64,000 nt of DNA. Origin: Dudresnaya verticillata (Eukaryota). The notes under the pieces were generated by a model. The model had not been told where the DNA came from. It did no database searches and worked only from the letters and a program-made list of their open reading frames with translations. Below, piece after piece: positions 58,539-64,000 of the stretch (position 1 is its first letter; each line of letters begins with the position of its first letter). The position numbers and the translations under genes are program-made. Where the stretch lies: contig OZ374565.1 in NCBI GenBank assembly GCA_977862235.1, positions 1,860,001 through 1,924,000 on the forward strand, written 5' to 3'.

Positions 58539-60361
58539 GCTATACTACAGAAACCCTTCTCAAACGCATGTCGACACAAAACCACCGCATATGGGCCTCT
58601 GCCGTAATCACACCCATGTGAGTCAATTAGAACCTCTCACTACTGGCCAGGCATGGTCAGTTCCGGGCCATCACCGCGCGGGGGCCATGCAGCGCAAACT
58701 GGACCTATTCGATTAACACATGTAGAGTACATATATATTATATTTAGAGGACACCTCAAAAGGTTAGGTTCGGTATGGTTCCTTAGATTGTTGCTGCGTG
58801 GACCTTCGTCTTGAACAGGGAAGTCTGTTTGTACTGTGCACACCCCCCCGATTGCATCCTTTCGCAACCTCGTTCTCACTGCGAGAGCCGCCGAGGAGAG
58901 TTTCTATTTCCTGCCAGTCCTCCCACTGATCTTCGTTCAAGAAGCAAGCTTTCCAAAACGACAAGTCATGGTTATCCTATCCGTACGTGCGATAGGAAAG
59001 CCAAGCATAATGTTACAGGGCTCACTTGCTTGTCTGCAGAAACAAGCACTTCTATGCGTGCCACCCACTGGGTGCTCGGCAGGCACTGCGCAGTTGATAT
59101 CAACAACGTTATGAACCCAGTACCAGATGACGTGTTTACACTGCCTAATAGGACTGGAATAACACAATACAGGATGCACGGGATAGGCTTACGCACTTGT
59201 TAACGCCGTTTCCGAAATAAACATCGGAAAAACGCACCTCCATGTCTAGACGTTGACTCGGTCGTCACTCGTTCGTTTGTTGCAGTATTCGATGCCAATG
59301 ACGTTGCCATTGAAGACGTCACTGATCATCTCCAGCAGCTATGCCAAACTCTTCCACGCCCCTGGTTGGTGGTCCCGATTCTTGAATCGCTTAAGCGCTT
59401 CATCTGAAGCCCTCTCAGAGCCTTGCAAGTCTGATCGACCAGCCGACTCGGGAAGTTTTTCTTCTGTCGGCGTAGTGAGCTTAGTGATTAGTGCTTTTTT
59501 GTGGCGTCGTTGCCGTGCTTACTCCAGCCTGACAATACCTGGTCCTCGGTTTTCGCAGCTGCCGCATTCTGTTCTGAGCGTGACTCCACGGGCAGTTGAC
59601 GAGGAAGCTGTGCGAGCATCCCATTCCATGATTTGCTACGTGCCTCATATCGCCGAAACTTTACGGCTTATTGACTCTCCCCATAGTTGGACCGAGGTAT
59701 ACGGCCAAATCGGTCTGAGGAAGCTTGGTGTGCTGGGAAGGCTTGATCACCGACGCAGCCGCTGAGCTGGCCTTAGCCACAGGAATTTCTGTCTTTGCCA
59801 TAGAACGTTGACCAGAGGATTGATGAAGACTTTGACGGCCAACATGCAGCATTATCCGGTTTGCACCGGCTGAATTCAGACGCCCACGTGCGTGCAACCT
59901 TTTCCTTAGCCAGCTTGAAGGGTTTGCGCTCCCTCTCCTCATGAGTCTCGACCAGCTGAACTACATCGACGTATGTATCCTTTCTAAGAGCTCGTATTGC
60001 CGCCTTGTACCGTGAGGTACCCATACACATCGGTGCCATATTAGGCAACACGGAAGAAACGCGGAGGCGTGGGTGCGACAGCTGTGGGAGAGTATGTCGC
60101 GATAATGATGGGAGCGTATTACGCGCGCGTCTACGCTAGTTTAGCGCGGCAGCAGATGCGGCAGACCTCGACCACACCAGGCGGACATCGACGTTGCGCT
60201 GCGACTGCAGCCTGCTCAGGGCGGCACATACAGCTGGGGGTGTGGGTGTGATGCACAGGGGGCGTTTTGGGCAGGGAAGCAGCTGAAGCTATTCTGATGT
60301 GTGTCATACGGACCGCGCGGCCGCGTGCCTGCAGCGATGGGACTGTGTGATTCCGAGATGG

Positions 60362-60703
60362 CCGGATAGGTTTCTGCGAATGCGAGCCGCCAGGACCTAT
60401 CCCGTAATATCGATACTAGTTTTTAGGTTTTCTCGACCCGGCGACGCAAAAACATTTCTAATAGGTATTCTGGCTGCGTGGTTACAAATCCCTATAAAGG
60501 TATTTCTGACGCGCCGACAGCAAAACCCATTGCAATGGGTTTTGTGAAAGTGATTTGGAAAATACCTACATAGGTATTTCCAGATTCAGTGTAGAAATAT
60601 CTATCAAACAGATATTCGATCTCGCGCGCCGTGAAAACCTATTCGTCAATATTGATATTATTTTTTAGGTTTATGCAAGGTCGTGCTGTGAAAACCTATC
60701 CGG
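60362..60703. mobile_element. MITE-like element with imperfect long TIRs
   Basis: ccggataggttt...aaacctatccgg termini; repeated subterminal (a/t)aggt(a/t)tt motifs; AT-rich core. Confidence 0.55.
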
Positions 60704-61071
60704 GGCTCCCGGGGCTCGGTCGTACGCAGTCCGCCGCCTGCCTGCGCTCGTCGCCAGATTTGTGCGTGCACCTCGCGCACCATGCCGCGCACCATCCACA
60801 CTGCCGCCAGTTCTTCCTGTTTGCGCCAAGACTATCGCTGTTGACCCCGCACCGGGTTTAGAGCCGACACCGATGTGACGCAGAATCGCTCTCGCATGGC
60901 CAAAGTCCCTGCACACAGCGCACAGCGCAGGGAGTCGTCCTCCGCGACATTAACTTCAAGGGATGGATACGGGCGCGTTCCTTGATGTTCGAGCGTGAGA
61001 CGACATGGAAAGATGCAACACAACACAGTTTACATTTCAGTTTCTGGCGAGGCACAGGACCACTCTAAAGA

Positions 61072-61365
61072 TTACCGATGGCTACACATTTCCGGTATCC
61101 CCCCTCCATCCGAACTGGGGTTCTGTTCGTTCTGTGCTGGACCATGAATTCTGGTAATCGCCCTGTATAGGGCACTGACTCTCCCCCTAATGCTCCTCAG
61201 TGCGTTCACAGCTCGCCTGCCCTCACCATACACAATCTCCCTCATGGCTTGTGCCACGGCCCGAAGTTGCTCATCGAGATAGTTTGCTCTCTTTTGCAGT
61301 TGTCGAACCTGCACACGGAGTTCGTCAATCTCACCTATCAGCTCCTGTAGTGCTTGACGCGTCAT
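61072..61365 (-). CDS. Small coiled-coil ORF, unknown
   Basis: Heptad pattern LQELIGEIDELRVQVRQLQKRANYLDEQL; ATG start. Confidence 0.35.
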   Translation of the reverse strand: MTRQALQELIGEIDELRVQVRQLQKRANYLDEQLRAVAQAMREIVYGEGRRAVNALRSIRGRVSALYRAITRIHGPAQNEQNPSSDGGGIPEMCSHR

Positions 61366-62271
61366 TGTGATTTCTCTTCTAGCCCCTTCTTACTGGGCAC
61401 TTCGGTGTGCAGTGCAATGGCGATCAAACTGGAGGGGCAGGCAAGTCTGATTCCGGATCTGAATCCAACTCGATGTCCACCTCTTATCTGTGTTCAATTC
61501 CCAACCTTTCTTCAATTGAACGTAGTCTGTCCCGAGCCTGCCTGGCAAACCTCATCACCTGTACAACCACCTTTCCCACGCGGCTGAAAACATCGCTATA
61601 TATGGCATCCAGGCGCAGTCATGCGTCATCAATGAACGACCGCATCTCAAGAACCTCAGCCCGAAGAGTCTGAACTTCACGCAACATTGTAGTGGGGTCA
61701 AGAATCGGAATTCGGTCGCGATGTACATGTGAAGAGTTCGTGGGGTATGTCGTTGTCCACGTTCCAGATATTGCAAGGCCATTGCAGCAAAGCCGCACTC
61801 GATCTGGAATAAATGTTGTAGACGGAGGATTCTAAAAAGCTCGTGCCAGGCGATTATACCCAATATGCATCTCGGAGGTTACTCTGACCGTAATATTGTA
61901 CTACGACGATTCCAACTTGTGCAAATCCCATACAAAGAACCCCAACAGCCCACTTAGCATCTCCGGCGCTTCCTCTTGGTCTGTGAAACTATACGGATAC
62001 TTCCGGGACTCACATCCAGGTAATGTGCTGAATCCGTAAAGAGAGACGAGATGTTCTCCTTCACTCGCAACCTTCGACAACGACATTACGTGAAGAGTCT
62101 CAGTTATTTTGGCACTCTCAGCATTTCGTTGCACAGATGCTGTTCCGAGTTGAGCTCCGTCTTGAAGCAGGACTACCTTCGAAGCATAGGATCCGATTCT
62201 GAGCCTTCCGGACTAGTTAGTTTCTGTTTGGCGGGTTGCTAGTCTGTTACAGTTGACGTTATCACATTCTC

Positions 62272-63654
62272 CTAATTCCGTACTACTTTTCGTCTCTTCT
62301 CAGCGGAATCAGTATCGGTAGTCCTTTCGCGGTGTTGCCGTTTGACGACAGTGAGTGTGGAAGAGCGCTGCTTTTCATTACACACATCGACTGCGATTTT
62401 CTTCAAACGATCATATACCAGTCTGAATGTTGCGGGGTTCTCCTCGATGCCCACAGTCGGACGACCAGTTCTCAAACCTGCAATGAAAGTGGTCAGGGTA
62501 CCTCCGTAGGCATCCAAAACGCGTCCACTATTGGGACAGAAAGTTGTCATGACCTCCATTAGAGCCAAAACGTTATTCTCCTCTACCAGAACAGGAGATT
62601 TGGTCCCTGAATTCAGCAGCTTTTGTCTCGATACTGGAACACTTGAGAAGGTTGCGAACTTTCGCCGATCTTTTCTTCCCAGGAAGTAAAGTGGAATGGA
62701 GAGGTCAGGCTTGAATTTTTCGCCACACGTTCCCCGTCGGCGACCAAACGCGGCTATTTCCGTAGCACTCTGTGGGTAGTCATTACGGTGTCCCTGCAAT
62801 GTCCTCGTATCTTTGCAAACGGTGAAGGGATAATCCGGGCTGTTGAACCCAGCATCAACCAGAGCACGTTGATACTTTGCCAAGGTAATGAAACTGCAGA
62901 AGATGAAGACCCAGTGATCAGGTTTAACGACTGTTCGACAGAATTCGATGAATTGCTTAATCTCTCCATCGCTGATATAATTGTCGTAAGATGTACCAGC
63001 ATTAGAACGATGAGGCGGTATTCCGTACGGAGGGTCCGTCAGTACGAGGTCGAACAGGGGGCTCGAATCGTTTCGAACGGACTGATCATACGTCTGCCCC
63101 CTCATGTGGTGGCAACTGATCCTCATTGAATTCAGTGCATCGAATTCTTCAGTACCTGATGTTTCGAGCTTTTCAGACTGTACGGTAGACGCGGACGATC
63201 GTGTATGTTTTTCATTCCCTTCCAGATGGCCATTCGTGTCCTCCCCGGTGTCCCCGGCATGGCTATTGACGGTCCCTTTCTCGTTTTCACGTGTTGTGCC
63301 ACAGTTGCCATCCTCATTTGGTGATTCTTGCTCGTTTTCCTGCGGTTCTGAAGGGTTCGTTCCGGAACCAGTAGTACTGTCAACACATCCCGCGGCGACG
63401 GACTTATAATTCTGTTTATCAACAGGTGCCCCAGGTTTTGGTGAAGGAGTGGAATCTCCACAATCATTGCGCTCGGCACTATCACATTGCAAGTGCGGCC
63501 CTTCCAGAGAGGCATTACTTACGAACCTCGCGAAGAGCGGCGGTGGCCTTCTTAAAATGTTCCACAGTGTACCGGTAAGGCAGCGGTTTGAAGTTGTGTA
63601 AACGGTACAATTCTCCCAAACGGTAAAAAGTCGCAAACTATGCTTGTACACCAT
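62272..63654 (-). CDS. Beta-class DNA amino-methyltransferase (N6-adenine/N4-cytosine family), probably the C-terminal part of a longer disrupted gene
   Basis: Catalytic motif IV FDLVLTDPPY (DPPY at 63025-63036) precedes SAM-binding motif I VLDAYGGTLTT...GRPTVGIEE; intervening VKPDHWVFIFC and EENN (EKP-like); basic C-terminal KRRK. Confidence 0.85.
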   Translation of the reverse strand: MVYKHSLRLFTVWENCTVYTTSNRCLTGTLWNILRRPPPLFARFVSNASLEGPHLQCDSAERNDCGDSTPSPKPGAPVDKQNYKSVAAGCVDSTTGSGTNPSEPQENEQESPNEDGNCGTTRENEKGTVNSHAGDTGEDTNGHLEGNEKHTRSSASTVQSEKLETSGTEEFDALNSMRISCHHMRGQTYDQSVRNDSSPLFDLVLTDPPYGIPPHRSNAGTSYDNYISDGEIKQFIEFCRTVVKPDHWVFIFCSFITLAKYQRALVDAGFNSPDYPFTVCKDTRTLQGHRNDYPQSATEIAAFGRRRGTCGEKFKPDLSIPLYFLGRKDRRKFATFSSVPVSRQKLLNSGTKSPVLVEENNVLALMEVMTTFCPNSGRVLDAYGGTLTTFIAGLRTGRPTVGIEENPATFRLVYDRLKKIAVDVCNEKQRSSTLTVVKRQHRERTTDTDSAEKRRKVVRN

Positions 63655-64000
63655 CTGGTGCTTTCGACGCGTTCATGAACACTGTTGCGGACTTTAGAGA
63701 TGTTATATTGCTGAACTTGCGGTACAATCGACAGTCCACACTCTTCTTGATGTCCTTGTGATCCACAGTTGTAGTTCTAATCGACACCAAGTCATCCCTC
63801 TCCTCGTTTATAATGTCTCCGATTGTGTAAATCACTGCGCGGTCAAGTCTAAGGGCAGTCTGGGCAGTCTGTTAAACAGTATTGTCCCTGAAATGGTTGC
63901 ATCCTTCGTAGGCTTCATCAATCCTCGTAGCATTCGGAAGTTTTCCGCCATTCCCCGCTGTGAGACGATCTACCTCCTCTCTCAGGCCTCGAAGAGTATC

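Overview
Eukaryotic, TE-rich genomic window. A florideophyte red alga is the best guess, inferred from the intronless genes, sulfotransferase-like proteins and TE types; it is not proven. About two thirds of the window is nested Ty3/gypsy LTR retrotransposons with chromodomain integrases. Left nest (1.7-24.7 kb): a Sola-like DDD transposase pseudogene is split by an old solo LTR (E). E carries element A (3357-23165, TSD AAGG), which carries element B (7970-21261, TSD GTCGC) and solo LTR F (3543-4215, TSD ACGGC). Right nest (about 40.4-58.5 kb): a truncated element D carries element C (42464-53757, TSD CCTAT), whose gag and pol are uninterrupted. B, C and D each have a large antisense ORF between pol and the 3' LTR. 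These three proteins are visibly homologous, and I recognise no known domain in them; this is the most novel-looking system here. Between the nests is a small host-gene island of two type II membrane sulfotransferase-like genes flanking a GT61 glycosyltransferase, plus MITEs. The right end holds a beta-class (DPPY) DNA amino-methyltransferase ORF in a degenerate multi-ORF unit. All alignments and mismatch counts were made by eye.
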